This document shows, one piece after another, positions 1-9,616 of a DNA stretch of 64,000 nt. The notes below the pieces were generated by a model that was not told the origin of the DNA, did not search any database, and saw only the letters and a program-made list of their open reading frames with translations. Positions within the stretch are counted from its first letter, which is position 1; each line of letters opens with the position of its first letter. The DNA lies in NCBI GenBank assembly GCA_965214705.1, contig OZ243972.1:608001-672000 (forward strand), in the 5' to 3' direction. Both the position numbers and the translations under genes were made by a program. This DNA comes from Alphaproteobacteria bacterium. Lineage in GTDB: Bacteria > Pseudomonadota > Alphaproteobacteria > UBA828.

Positions 1-1
1 T

Positions 2-589
2 CTGAGGCTTTCCGACATTGAAATAAATTCGAAGGATACTAAACTCTCTTATGAAGATGTCACCGAGTTCAAAAACCACCAGCCATGGAACGATAGGATT
101 GACAAATTTGCTGTTAAATTTCGAAACGATGATTTTTCGAAGTACATTTCCATTAGTGGAGGGACGGAGAATGACAACGACATTTATGTTTCTGGCGATG
201 ACGCTGCATGGGTGACGGGCGCATCTAAAGAGATACGGAATAAAATGAGAAGATATACAAGGTGGTACGGAGTATTTTTCAAAGACATTTTTTCGGGGTT
301 TCTCTCGTTCGCATTCGCATACATTGCAATCTTGGCATTGATAATATTCATGTATTCTGAATTTGCAGAATCTGAGATCGTGAATAGGAACTACACGTCG
401 GACAAAATATCATGGCCCGCCATATTGGTGTGGATAGCTCCTTTCCCAATTCTAATGTTGATGTTTCGTTTTGCTCCAAAGACATCGAAGATCGTTCAAG
501 ACAAGAAAAAACATAACGTTCTCGCAATATGGGGTCTATTGATAGGTCTCGGTGGGCTTGCGGTTGGCCTCGCAAAACTCTTCTTCTAA
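2..589 (+). CDS. Low-GC hypothetical membrane protein, 5' end outside the window
   Basis: Frame open from position 2 (LRLSDIEINSKD...) to TAA at 589; about three hydrophobic segments in the C-terminal half; clearly more AT-rich than the rest of the window. Confidence 0.7.
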   Translation: MRLSDIEINSKDTKLSYEDVTEFKNHQPWNDRIDKFAVKFRNDDFSKYISISGGTENDNDIYVSGDDAAWVTGASKEIRNKMRRYTRWYGVFFKDIFSGFLSFAFAYIAILALIIFMYSEFAESEIVNRNYTSDKISWPAILVWIAPFPILMLMFRFAPKTSKIVQDKKKHNVLAIWGLLIGLGGLAVGLAKLFF

Positions 590-781
590 TCCGCGTGGTT
601 TCCTCTATGGCAGAGAGACTGACGATGACTGATCGAGAAGGGCGCGTACTGGCAGAAACGCGGTGTCCCCAAGTTCTTTGGCGCCCTCTTAGACCAGAGG
701 CTCGCTCACCAACCATTTGGAAATGTCAGTCTCGAATCTCTGGCGAAGAGCGGCAAATGGAGCTTCTTGCTTCGGGTGTCG

Positions 782-967
782 GGAAAAGGTGAGGAGTGTA
801 CCGCCGTAGTGGGCTGCATCTAGGCCTCGGACCGCGACGGTGAGGAGATCTTAGACCAGCCGCTCAATGTCGGCCTGGCCCCAACGGTATCAACGCTGCC
901 AGCGGGGCACGACGTACTGGACCTGTCCGTTCAGGAGCTCCAAGAACTCGATGTGGTGGGCGTGCAT
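782..967 (-). pseudogene. DUF262 (GmrSD/ParB-like) N-terminal remnant
   Basis: Manual translation from ATG 967: MHAHHIEFLELLNGQVQYVVPRWQR*YRWGQADIERLV*DLLTVA...HYGGTLLTF, matching the DUF262 pattern YxVPxxQRxYxW...L..D...HY/FxG, with two in-frame stops. Confidence 0.7.
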
Positions 968-973
968 GGGTTT

Positions 974-1015
974 ACCATTTTCTGTCTACAGTGCACCATT
1001 TTCTGTCTACAGTGC
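974..1015. repeat. Perfect 21-bp tandem duplication (ACCATTTTCTGTCTACAGTGC x2)
   Basis: Copies at 974-994 and 995-1015; the unit spans the stop codon of the Type IIG gene. Confidence 0.95.
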
Positions 1016-4000
1016 GATCTCCGCGTCCGGGTCGCCGGCGGTCAAGGCGTTCATCCAGGCGAGGCATAGGTCGCGGGAACGGTAGGTGCCGTAGGCGGCG
1101 GTCTCCTCGCGCTCGACAGTTGGGAAGGTGGAATAGATGTAGCGGACTTCGTCGCGGTCGGTGACGCCGTAGAGGTAGAAGTATACGGCGTCCAGCTTCG
1201 CGCGCAGATGGAGGCGGCGTTCCTCGTCCCATGCAAAGGGCGGCAGCACGTTGCCAGCGGCATCGACATGGCCCATGTCGAGGGCGAAGGGGGCCATGTC
1301 GTAGGCCGTATAGGTGAGCTCCAGTACCGCCTCGCGCACGATCTCGCCCGCCACCTTCGGCCCAAAGCCGACATTCTCGTAACGGTCGGGTGGGACGACG
1401 GGGAGCTGTTCGACGGCGAAAAGACTAAGATGGTTAGTTTGCACTTTTTGACGTGTTACAAAGTCCATGGGAATGGCGTTTAGATTGGCTGAAAGCAGCC
1501 ACTCGTTACGATCCGATGTTTCGGGAATAAGAATAGGAACAAGATCATTGAAGCCGACTGCCGGAAACAATGAAGCAATAAATGTTCGAATATTTGTAGT
1601 CGATGTGACCCTCTTAAATCCCAAAATCCACCTTGATGTCGGGGGGCAGATGCACCGAGACTCTGGAACCCAATACTGCGGGTCGGGAAGCCAGTGTGGA
1701 TCTCTTTTCTGCTCTGGAGTTGACGGAAATGGCTGAGCAGGTCTGTGCAAATTTTCTGGGTTAATTTTCACACTTGCAGCGCGATGGTCAAATGCCTGCA
1801 CCATCTTGCCTTCGTAGAGAGGCACCCAGTCGCCGGTCGGACTGGAAAAACGATTGCTGCCAATAGGCCATGCTCCCTCCGCATTCTCCAGCTCTTCGCG
1901 TGTACGGAACAAATGAGAGTCTTTATCGCTATCGAACATGCGAACATGTTTCAATGGCCACGCCTTCACTTCCTCACCAGACGAGCGGTCCACCAACACC
2001 GGCAGACGACTGTACATCACGGTGGCGAGCGCGGCGTCGCGCCTGCTACGAAAGATCGGGGCCGTACCTGTGTTGGGATTGACACGGGCGAAGGCTTCTG
2101 CCGTCAGCGGGAAGCGGCGCTCGGCGTCGTCAAGTTCAGCGACATCCTGAAGAAAGAAAGCACACTGCGCGGCGTCGGGGAGTGGGGACGGGCTGGCGAC
2201 GAAGGCACAAAATTTGAAGCGGCTGTCGACGTCAGGGAAGAAGGGCGGTGCGTCGTAGCGCGTACGCCGGTTCTCGAAATCGTAAAGCGCCTTCAGCCGC
2301 CCTTCCGTAGCCACTCCCCTGAAGAAACGTGAGGCGGTTTTGCCTGATGCGACGACCGACGGTACAAGAAGACCGACCATGCCGTCGTGTTTTGCCAGCG
2401 TCATCGCGCGCTCGACGAAGAGCGAATAGAGATTCACATCGCGGCTGGAGAGTAGCGGATAGTCTCCCGAACACCGCGCCACGCGCGTGGCCATCACCTT
2501 CCGTTCGCTAGCCCACGCAAATTCCTGCGCAAGCGGATCGTCGTTCCGCTCCAAATCTGCGATCATGCGATCGCGTTTAGCGGGCCGTGGAGCCAGCGCG
2601 ATCTCCGGTCGCCGCGTGGCGAACCACTCGACCTGTTGCAGCTTCATCCGGTCCCAGGGCGGATTGCCGATCACCGCGTCGAAGCCGCCTTTGAGGTAAG
2701 CGCTCTCCCAATTCGTCCACACGCCGGGGAACGCCGCCTGCCAGTTGAGAAAGCGCTCTTCCGCGATGAGGCGCCGGGCATCACCCAACAGTTCGATGAA
2801 CGGTGCACTCTCCGCTCGCTCCGTCGATACCTCTACTCGGCCCAGCGCGATGTCGATGGGATCGCCAAGCAGGCCGCCGAAGAAGGATTGCAGTGCGGTC
2901 CTGCCCTCGTGGTCCTTGACCTCCAGCCAGTCGAGGGCGTGCACGAGGGAAAGGACGGCATTCAGCGGCGCCGTGGCCTCCTCCACTTCGGCGAAGGCTT
3001 CGGCGGATCGATGCGCCTCCGCGATCTCGGCATCCGTCAGGCCTTCGATCGTCTGCATCGATTGCGCGGCCCGCTCAGCCTCGGTAACGGAGCCGTGCAG
3101 GAGCAACGGGCTGCCATAGTCGGTCGCCTTGTCGACCCCACTGCGCGCCCAGGCGCCGAACAAGCTGTCGCCGCAGCGGAGGTGGTGATCCAGGAAGCTG
3201 AGCGGCGCGCCCACCGTGAAGGTGTGCAGCCAGAGCGCCACCTTGGCGAGCTCCACAGCCATCGGGTTCTTGTCGACGCCGTAGACGCAGCGCTTCAGCA
3301 CCATGCGACGGACGATGTGGCGGTCGTCGAGCCGGTCGCGGTCAATGGTCCAGTTGCGCTCTTCCGCGTTTGCGACGATCCGCTCGCGGATGGCCTGAAT
3401 GCGGCCTGCGAGCGGCGAGGCGTAACCCTCCACGTCCGCTTCCGCTTCTGCCATGGCCGCGATCACCCGGTCGGCGAGGTAATCCACCAGGCTGACCAGG
3501 AAGTGTCCCGACCCCATGGCGGGATCGCAAACCTTGAGGGAGAGGATCGCCTCGGCAGGGTCGTGTTCCGCTAGGCGCGCCACGGCCCGCTCGCGGGCGT
3601 GTCCTGCTCCGGGCGCTCGCCCGGCTCTTTCCATGAAGCCGTCCACGCGAGCCTGGACCAGGGGGCCGATGGTCTCCTCGACGATCAGTCCCACTAGGTC
3701 GTCGGGCGTGTAGTAGCTGCCCGAACCCTTGCGGGCGAAGATGTTGGGGCGCACGGCCACCGCGTCGCCTTCGCGGATGAGTTCATGCTCCAGCAAGCGC
3801 TCGTAGATCGAGCCGAGCTGGCGCACGCCGAGGTCGCGATAGTTGATGTAGTGGCGGCGCCCTGCCTCGTCCTGTTCGAACGAAAGCGCGTCGATGACGT
3901 CCGCCATCACCCGGTCGCCGAGCCGGATGCGGTCGAGCAGCGGCACGCGCGCACGGTCGAACAGGCCGCCGTTGTACGGCGGCAGCCCGATGGCGGCGTC

Positions 4001-5086
4001 GCCACGGTCCACGGCCCGGCAGAGATCGTCTACCGCCGACCAGTAGCGGGCAGCGTGTTCCGAGAATACGTCCCCGCGGTCCTTGCGGTCGCCGATATCG
4101 CCGCGCACCTTGTCGCGCAACCCGTAGTCGTCGTAGCGCTCGTCCCGGACCGGCAGCAGGTCGCGGTCCTCGGCATAGAGGATGAACAGCAGCCGGTAGA
4201 GCAGGATCAGCGCGGCCTCGCGCACCTCGGGCAGGGGCGCGTCCGGCGCGGCAGCGGCAATCGCACTGGCGAGTTCGGGGAAGACCTGGCCGAAGACCAG
4301 ATCGGAGAGGCTGGCGGCAACACGCTCCTCGTAGAAGCGGCCTTCCTCGATGGCGCGCTGATGGAAGGTGCGCTCGTCTACCGCGCCGGGCAGGAAGGCC
4401 TCGCGCCGGAAGACCAGCGCGAACAGCTTGAGGCAGTGGCGCCGCTCCTCGACATCTAGGGCGAAGAGGCCGTCGTTGTGGCCGGGAAGGTCGAGGATCG
4501 CTGGGAGATCGACCTCGAAGAACTGTTCGGAAACCGAGCGCGCTCCTTGGTAGTAGAGCCGCCAGCGTGCGCCGTTGGTGAGAATGGCCCAGCGCAGCCT
4601 GCCAGTGGTCAGATCGTCGACACGCCGCAGATAGCGCAGCATCTGGGTCGATGGCGCCGTCTCTTCGCCAGCCCTGCCGGAGCGACGGTCGAGCGGGCGC
4701 CGCCAGCGCTTCGACTCCACCACCGCAAGACCGTGCTCGTAACGCCGCCACTCTTGGGCGAAGCGGTTGGCTCGGCCCTTCGCCGCATCGTCTGCGAACA
4801 GCAGGCCGTCCGGCACGTCGTCCCGCCTGATCGCGCTCAGATTCTGCTGCCGCAGGCTCGCCGTCCAGCCGATGGTCCTGAGCACGGGCCAGATCAGGTC
4901 GTCTTCGGTCTGGCTCTCGTTGGGTGCGGCGGCGAAGGGGAAGCCATCGAAAACGGTCCGCAGCGCGGCTTGGAGTTTGTCGAGCACAGCGTCGTCAATG
5001 GCTTCCCAATCAGCCGTCTCGGCAACGGAGTCGCACAGAAAGTCGTTGGCGAAGAGACTGCCCTGGAATACAGCGTCGAGGCTCAT
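1007..5086 (-). CDS. Type IIG (Eco57I-like) fused restriction endonuclease / N6-adenine methyltransferase
   Basis: N-terminal PD...ExK nuclease (PDGLLF...VVESKR, QMLRY, LTNG); SAM motif DPAMGSGHFL; catalytic GNPPW; GSYYTP; C-terminal TRD. Start taken at ATG 5086 (ORF track gives 5113). Confidence 0.9.
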   Translation of the reverse strand: MSLDAVFQGSLFANDFLCDSVAETADWEAIDDAVLDKLQAALRTVFDGFPFAAAPNESQTEDDLIWPVLRTIGWTASLRQQNLSAIRRDDVPDGLLFADDAAKGRANRFAQEWRRYEHGLAVVESKRWRRPLDRRSGRAGEETAPSTQMLRYLRRVDDLTTGRLRWAILTNGARWRLYYQGARSVSEQFFEVDLPAILDLPGHNDGLFALDVEERRHCLKLFALVFRREAFLPGAVDERTFHQRAIEEGRFYEERVAASLSDLVFGQVFPELASAIAAAAPDAPLPEVREAALILLYRLLFILYAEDRDLLPVRDERYDDYGLRDKVRGDIGDRKDRGDVFSEHAARYWSAVDDLCRAVDRGDAAIGLPPYNGGLFDRARVPLLDRIRLGDRVMADVIDALSFEQDEAGRRHYINYRDLGVRQLGSIYERLLEHELIREGDAVAVRPNIFARKGSGSYYTPDDLVGLIVEETIGPLVQARVDGFMERAGRAPGAGHARERAVARLAEHDPAEAILSLKVCDPAMGSGHFLVSLVDYLADRVIAAMAEAEADVEGYASPLAGRIQAIRERIVANAEERNWTIDRDRLDDRHIVRRMVLKRCVYGVDKNPMAVELAKVALWLHTFTVGAPLSFLDHHLRCGDSLFGAWARSGVDKATDYGSPLLLHGSVTEAERAAQSMQTIEGLTDAEIAEAHRSAEAFAEVEEATAPLNAVLSLVHALDWLEVKDHEGRTALQSFFGGLLGDPIDIALGRVEVSTERAESAPFIELLGDARRLIAEERFLNWQAAFPGVWTNWESAYLKGGFDAVIGNPPWDRMKLQQVEWFATRRPEIALAPRPAKRDRMIADLERNDDPLAQEFAWASERKVMATRVARCSGDYPLLSSRDVNLYSLFVERAMTLAKHDGMVGLLVPSVVASGKTASRFFRGVATEGRLKALYDFENRRTRYDAPPFFPDVDSRFKFCAFVASPSPLPDAAQCAFFLQDVAELDDAERRFPLTAEAFARVNPNTGTAPIFRSRRDAALATVMYSRLPVLVDRSSGEEVKAWPLKHVRMFDSDKDSHLFRTREELENAEGAWPIGSNRFSSPTGDWVPLYEGKMVQAFDHRAASVKINPENLHRPAQPFPSTPEQKRDPHWLPDPQYWVPESRCICPPTSRWILGFKRVTSTTNIRTFIASLFPAVGFNDLVPILIPETSDRNEWLLSANLNAIPMDFVTRQKVQTNHLSLFAVEQLPVVPPDRYENVGFGPKVAGEIVREAVLELTYTAYDMAPFALDMGHVDAAGNVLPPFAWDEERRLHLRAKLDAVYFYLYGVTDRDEVRYIYSTFPTVEREETAAYGTYRSRDLCLAWMNALTAGDPDAEIAL

Positions 5087-5346
5087 GCACCCATAGTCCG
5101 CGAATCGGCCCATCGTTTCAGCGTGACGCCATAAGCCTTCATCGCCATGGGAGGGTCAATAGCGATGCGATCCAACGAAATAACGAGCTGTTCGTTTCAA
5201 CGGCGGCAGAACTGAAGGTCACGAATAATCCGGGGTAGCGGATGTTCTTCAGCAGGCAACCCGGCAGGGTGGGTACCCAACGCCGCCGAGGCCGAACTCT
5301 GACCAACCGCGGCGGGAACTCGACATATCGCTAGAGCATGCAAACC

Positions 5347-6513
5347 TCACGAACGAGACACTGAGATGGGCTCACCGCCATGCATTGCCCGCGCGACGGC
5401 AACGCCAATACGCTCCGCCGCCGCCTCGGTCTCGCGGTCACCGACGTGGGCGTAGCGCAGTGTCATGCTCGGATTTTTGTGACCCAGAAGGCGGGAGACA
5501 ACCGGCAGCGGGACGCCTTGCAGGACGGCGTGGCTGGCGAACGAATGTCTGAGGTCGTGAATCCGCACGTCCTCGATCCCGGCTTCCCTTCGCACAGAAC
5601 GCCAGAGCGGCAGGTGATGCGAAAGAGGACGACCGGGGTTCGACGGCGCAGGGAAGACGTAGGCGCTCTCCGAGCGCGACTGGCGCTCCAGAATGGCGCG
5701 AGCCTGCACGTTCAGAAAAACCCGCCGCGGCCCGGTCTTCGCATCGATCAGATTGAGCGTGTCCCCGTCCACGTCCTGCCAGCGCAGAGTCAGGACCTCG
5801 CTCTTCCGGCAGCCGGTGAGCAAGAGAAGACGGATGACGTCCGCCTGTCGCGCGCGCGACGGTCGCGCGTGATCGTGGCGATCCAGGGCGTGATGAAGTC
5901 GGCGGACTTCCTCGCGCGACAAGAAGCGGGTGAGCTTGGCACCGGGGTTCCACTTGATGCCACGCGCGGGGTTCGCCTGGATATGGCCGCAGACGATCGC
6001 ATGATTGAGAACCCGGCTGAGCAGGTTCAACGCCTTGTTGGCCGCGCCCGGCGTGGTCCGGCTGCATTCGTCGAACCAGCGGGTCACATCGGCGCGGGTA
6101 ATCCGGTCCAGCGGCAACGAGCCGAAGGCGGGCAGCAGTCGCACGGAGACGATCCTGGCAAAGACTTTCCGCGTCGACGGCTTGCCCCGCTCGAAACACG
6201 TCCGCCCCGGACCCGCGACAAATTCCTCGAAGGTGGGCACCTTGTCGCGCCGCGCCTGGCCGGATCGTGCGCCGCTCTCAATGGAGACGCACTGGCTGCG
6301 CGCCTCCTCGATCTTCATCAACGACGCAGGCCCGAGCGTGATCCTGCGCGCACTGTCCTCGCCCTTCCGCCAGTATATGAAGCTCCGGTGCCCCGACGGC
6401 CGCACCCGAACGCCGAGACCCGCATGGCGCGTGTCCCAAACGGTATACTCGCGGGCCGCCGGTACCAGCTTCGCGACACTTGCGTCAGTCAGACGCCTCC
6501 TCTTCACGGCCAC
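5347..6513 (-). CDS. Tyrosine integrase with arm-binding domain (second gene of outer tandem pair)
   Basis: N-terminal WD...GLGVRVRPSG arm-binding motif; TGCRKSE, KTG, HDLRH, LLGH and MTLRYAH catalytic set intact. Confidence 0.92.
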   Translation of the reverse strand: MAVKRRRLTDASVAKLVPAAREYTVWDTRHAGLGVRVRPSGHRSFIYWRKGEDSARRITLGPASLMKIEEARSQCVSIESGARSGQARRDKVPTFEEFVAGPGRTCFERGKPSTRKVFARIVSVRLLPAFGSLPLDRITRADVTRWFDECSRTTPGAANKALNLLSRVLNHAIVCGHIQANPARGIKWNPGAKLTRFLSREEVRRLHHALDRHDHARPSRARQADVIRLLLLTGCRKSEVLTLRWQDVDGDTLNLIDAKTGPRRVFLNVQARAILERQSRSESAYVFPAPSNPGRPLSHHLPLWRSVRREAGIEDVRIHDLRHSFASHAVLQGVPLPVVSRLLGHKNPSMTLRYAHVGDRETEAAAERIGVAVARAMHGGEPISVSRS

Positions 6514-6516
6514 GGA

Positions 6517-6735
6517 TCAACCCTCGAGGGCTGCGCCGACAACGTCCACCGCCTCGCGCACCATGGCGTCGGACAGGTGGATGTACTTCAGCGTCGTCGC
6601 CGGATTGCGGTGTCCGAGAAGCCGGCCGATGGTCAGCACCGTCTCGCCCTGCGCGAGCGCCATGCTGGCATGCGTGTGTCGGAGATCGTGAAGGCGGACA
6701 TCGTGCAGGTCAGCTTCTTCCCTTACACGATGCCA
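6517..6735 (-). pseudogene. 3' part of the split outer integrase A
   Basis: WHRVREEADLHDVRLHDLRHTHAS...LLGH...TTLKYIH...; continues in frame from the 5' part at 47528-46614. Confidence 0.9.
6724..6735 (+). repeat. attL core direct repeat TACACGATGCCA
   Basis: Identical to 46614-46625; encodes W-H-R-V on the minus strand in both halves of the split gene. Confidence 0.9.
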
Positions 6736-6853
6736 CGCACCTTCGGTTCTAAGTGACTGATTCGATTGCAATGGTCTTCCGTTTCTATTGCCACAGGGCG
6801 CGGAATGCAAGCCCGTTCCGCACCCCGCTGCAACAGATCGGAGACGCGCGATC

Positions 6854-7981
6854 ATGCCGACCATCCACCTCACCCAGCGCCGGGTCGACGCCCTTCGGCC
6901 CCGCCGCAAGGTGCGCGATGTCCGGGACGCCGAACTCAAGGGATACGGCGTCCGGGTCATGCCCTCCGGCACCAGGCGCTACTTCATCCACAGCCAGCAC
7001 AGGGGCAAACGGGTCTGGAAGATCATAGGCGACGCGGCGGCGATCACCGAGCCCGAAGCACGGGCCAGGGCCAGATTGATGCTGGCTGCGCTGCGCGACG
7101 GTCGGGAGCCAGATGCGGCGGACGCCGGCGGCACCCTCTTCGAGACCGTCGCCGAGGAGGTCTTCGAGCGCTACGGGCGGCGCTGGAAGCCCCGCACCCT
7201 GGAAGTGAACCGGGCCTACCTGCGAAGGCAGATACTGCCTTTCTTCGCGGGCAGGCCCATCGGAGAGATAACACGGGAGGACGTGCGGGCCTGGTTCCGC
7301 GGGCTCCACGCGACGCCCGCCGCCGCAAACCGCTCGGCGCCCATCCTCTCGGTCATCATGCAGCAAGCCGAGGTCTGGGGATACCGCCCGGAGGACAGCA
7401 ACCCCTGCGCCGGCATCCGTCGCTACCGGCAGGGGCGGTCCGAGCGCTTCCTCACCCCCGAGGAGTATCGCCGCCTCGCCTGCGTGCTCACCCGGCACGA
7501 GGCCAGCCGCCCCCTGCACGTGGCCGCCCTGCGCCTGCTGCTGCTCACCGGGTGCCGCAAGTCGGAGATCCTCACCCTCCAATGGTTCTCCTACCGGGAG
7601 GGGCGGCTCTATCTGCCGGACAGCAAAGTCGGCCCGCGCACGGTCTGGTTGTGCGAGGCGGCACGCGATGTCCTCGACCGCCTGCCCCGGTCGTCCGGAT
7701 GGGTCTTTCCAGTCGGCGGTTTGCGCACCCCGTGGCTGTGGCTGGATTACTTCTGGCGCGGCGTGAGGGAGGAAGCCGGGCTGCAGGATGTCCGCCTGCA
7801 CGACACCAGACACTCATACGCCAGCATGGCGCTGCTCTGCGGCGAGAGCGTGCGCACCGTCGGCCGCCTGCTCGGTCACGAGAAGGCGTCGACCACCCTG
7901 AAATACGCCCACCTGTCCGACGCCACAGTCCGCGAAGCGGTCGAGACCCTGTCTCCCGTTCTGTCGGGGAGGCAGGCGTGA
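6854..7981 (+). CDS. Tyrosine integrase A of inner element
   Basis: 375 aa from ATG 6854; arm-binding N-terminus (DAELKGYGVRVMPSG); TGCRKSE, DSKVG, HDTRH, LLGH, TTLKYAH. Confidence 0.92.
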   Translation: MPTIHLTQRRVDALRPRRKVRDVRDAELKGYGVRVMPSGTRRYFIHSQHRGKRVWKIIGDAAAITEPEARARARLMLAALRDGREPDAADAGGTLFETVAEEVFERYGRRWKPRTLEVNRAYLRRQILPFFAGRPIGEITREDVRAWFRGLHATPAAANRSAPILSVIMQQAEVWGYRPEDSNPCAGIRRYRQGRSERFLTPEEYRRLACVLTRHEASRPLHVAALRLLLLTGCRKSEILTLQWFSYREGRLYLPDSKVGPRTVWLCEAARDVLDRLPRSSGWVFPVGGLRTPWLWLDYFWRGVREEAGLQDVRLHDTRHSYASMALLCGESVRTVGRLLGHEKASTTLKYAHLSDATVREAVETLSPVLSGRQA

Positions 7982-9150
7982 AGGGGCGGAGGGTCCGACT
8001 GACCGACGCGGGCGTCGGCAGGTTGAAGCCGGGCACCACGGAATACGCGGTCTGGGACAGCGAGGTGTCCGGCCTCGGCGTGCGGGTGCGCCCATCCGGG
8101 CATCGCAGCTTCGTCTGGCACGGGCGCGTCCGGGGAGAGCCGGTCAGAGAGACCGTCGGCCCGGTCGCGCTCATGACCGTCGAGGACGCCCGGAAGGAGG
8201 CCCTGGCGCTCCGCCTGGGAACCGCCCCGCGCGCGGCGGAAGGACGTTCCGGCGTACAGCTGTTCCGCGACTTCGTCCTCGATGAGTGGTTGCCAGCGTA
8301 CCGCCGCCGCTGCGCGCCATCGTCCTGCCAATTCGCCAATCGTGTGTTGGAACGGCAGCTGATCCCCGCCTTCGGCCGCCTCCCGCTGGACGCCATCCGG
8401 CGTATCGACATCGAACGATGGTTCGACGCCTACAGCCGCACCGCGCCGGGCGGAGCCAACAAGGCGCTCGAGATCCTCGGCCAGATCATGAACGCCGCCC
8501 TCGCCGCCGGCCATGTCGGGACCGCTCCCGTCAAGGGCATCGCCAAGAACCCCCGCCCGAAACTCACCCGGTTCCTCTCCGCCGAAGAGATCGAAAGGCT
8601 TCACCGCGTCCTTGATCGGCAGGTCAGTGAGCGGCCCTCCCGCCGGCAACAGGCCGACGTCATCCGGCTACTTCTGCTCACTGGCTGCCGGGTGGGCGAG
8701 ATCCTGAAGCTCCGATGGTCCGAGGTCGACGGTGACCGCCTCGATCTCGCCGACACCAAGACCGGGCCGCGAAGGGTCTGGTTGAGCCAAGCCGCGCAGG
8801 CCATCCTCGCCCGCCAGCCGCGTGCCGCAAGCCCTTACGTGTTCCCGTCCCGGAGGCATCCCGACAAGCCGCTCTCGCACTCCCTGTGCCTCTGGCGCCG
8901 GGCACGGAGGGAGGCCGGGCTCAGCGACGTCCGCCTGCACGATCTCAGGCATACCGTAGCCAGCCAGGCCGTCGCCCGGGGCGTTCCCCTGTCCACCGTG
9001 GCGGGCATGCTCGGCCACGCCGATCCCACAATGACCCTGCGATACGCCCATGTCGCCGATCGCGACCTGCAGGCCGCCGCCGAGCGCATTGGAAAGAGCA
9101 TTGAGGCCGCAATGGCGGGTGGCGAGCCGCCGGCAGAAGCGTCGTCCTGA
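7978..9150 (+). CDS. Tyrosine integrase B of inner element
   Basis: GTG start overlapping the intA stop (GTGA); VKGRRVRLTD...WDSEVSGLGVRVRPSG; TGCRVGE, KTG, HDLRH, MLGH, MTLRYAH; clear homologue of 5347-6513. Confidence 0.92.
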   Translation: MKGRRVRLTDAGVGRLKPGTTEYAVWDSEVSGLGVRVRPSGHRSFVWHGRVRGEPVRETVGPVALMTVEDARKEALALRLGTAPRAAEGRSGVQLFRDFVLDEWLPAYRRRCAPSSCQFANRVLERQLIPAFGRLPLDAIRRIDIERWFDAYSRTAPGGANKALEILGQIMNAALAAGHVGTAPVKGIAKNPRPKLTRFLSAEEIERLHRVLDRQVSERPSRRQQADVIRLLLLTGCRVGEILKLRWSEVDGDRLDLADTKTGPRRVWLSQAAQAILARQPRAASPYVFPSRRHPDKPLSHSLCLWRRARREAGLSDVRLHDLRHTVASQAVARGVPLSTVAGMLGHADPTMTLRYAHVADRDLQAAAERIGKSIEAAMAGGEPPAEASS

Positions 9151-9214
9151 AGACACGATGTGCGGGCAACAGTTCGACGTCCACGACCGTGAATTCAGCG
9201 TGTGTCAGAGAACG

Positions 9215-9350
9215 AATTCGGCACTTTCGTTGGAGCAGAGTGTCCGAGTCGAGGGCGGCAGTTTCGCCGAGCATGCTGACAGCGGTGGCGAAGCACACGG
9301 TATGCCCCTCCAGGACGGCGCGGTGACTGATATTGGCGGCGATGGTGGAC
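9215..9350 (-). pseudogene. IS21-family IstB ATPase internal fragment
   Basis: KSTIAANISHRAVLEGHTVCFATAVSMLGETAALDSDTLLQRK resembles the IstB segment just after Walker A. Confidence 0.55.
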
Positions 9351-9616
9351 TTAGGCTGCCGCCAGGATGCGCCGGAACAGGAAGGCGGCATTGCTACCGA
9401 ACACAGCCTCGAGTGTCAATCGGCTTTCAAAATTGACCCCCTATCGGCGTCCAAAATTGACCCCCCTGAGTGGCACGTCGGAGGTTGTCCCGGTAGCCAA
9501 TAGGGGGGACCCGCGCGGCTTCGCGTAGCGCTCGCCGCTACGCGGAGCGAAGCCGCGCGGGGGGTCCCTGTTGGCCCACCGGGGCAAGCGGGCCGCAGGG
9601 GAGGCCCGCGTTGGGG

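Noticed and set aside
6766-7977. N-terminal 400 aa of the 794-aa ORF
   Set aside because: Alternate frame over intA; real intB starts at GTG 7978.
9403-9413. Apparent 11-bp TSD ACAGCCTCGAG for IS21
   Set aside because: Aligning the two IRs puts the IS end at 11967, so ACA belongs to the element and the TSD is 8 bp.
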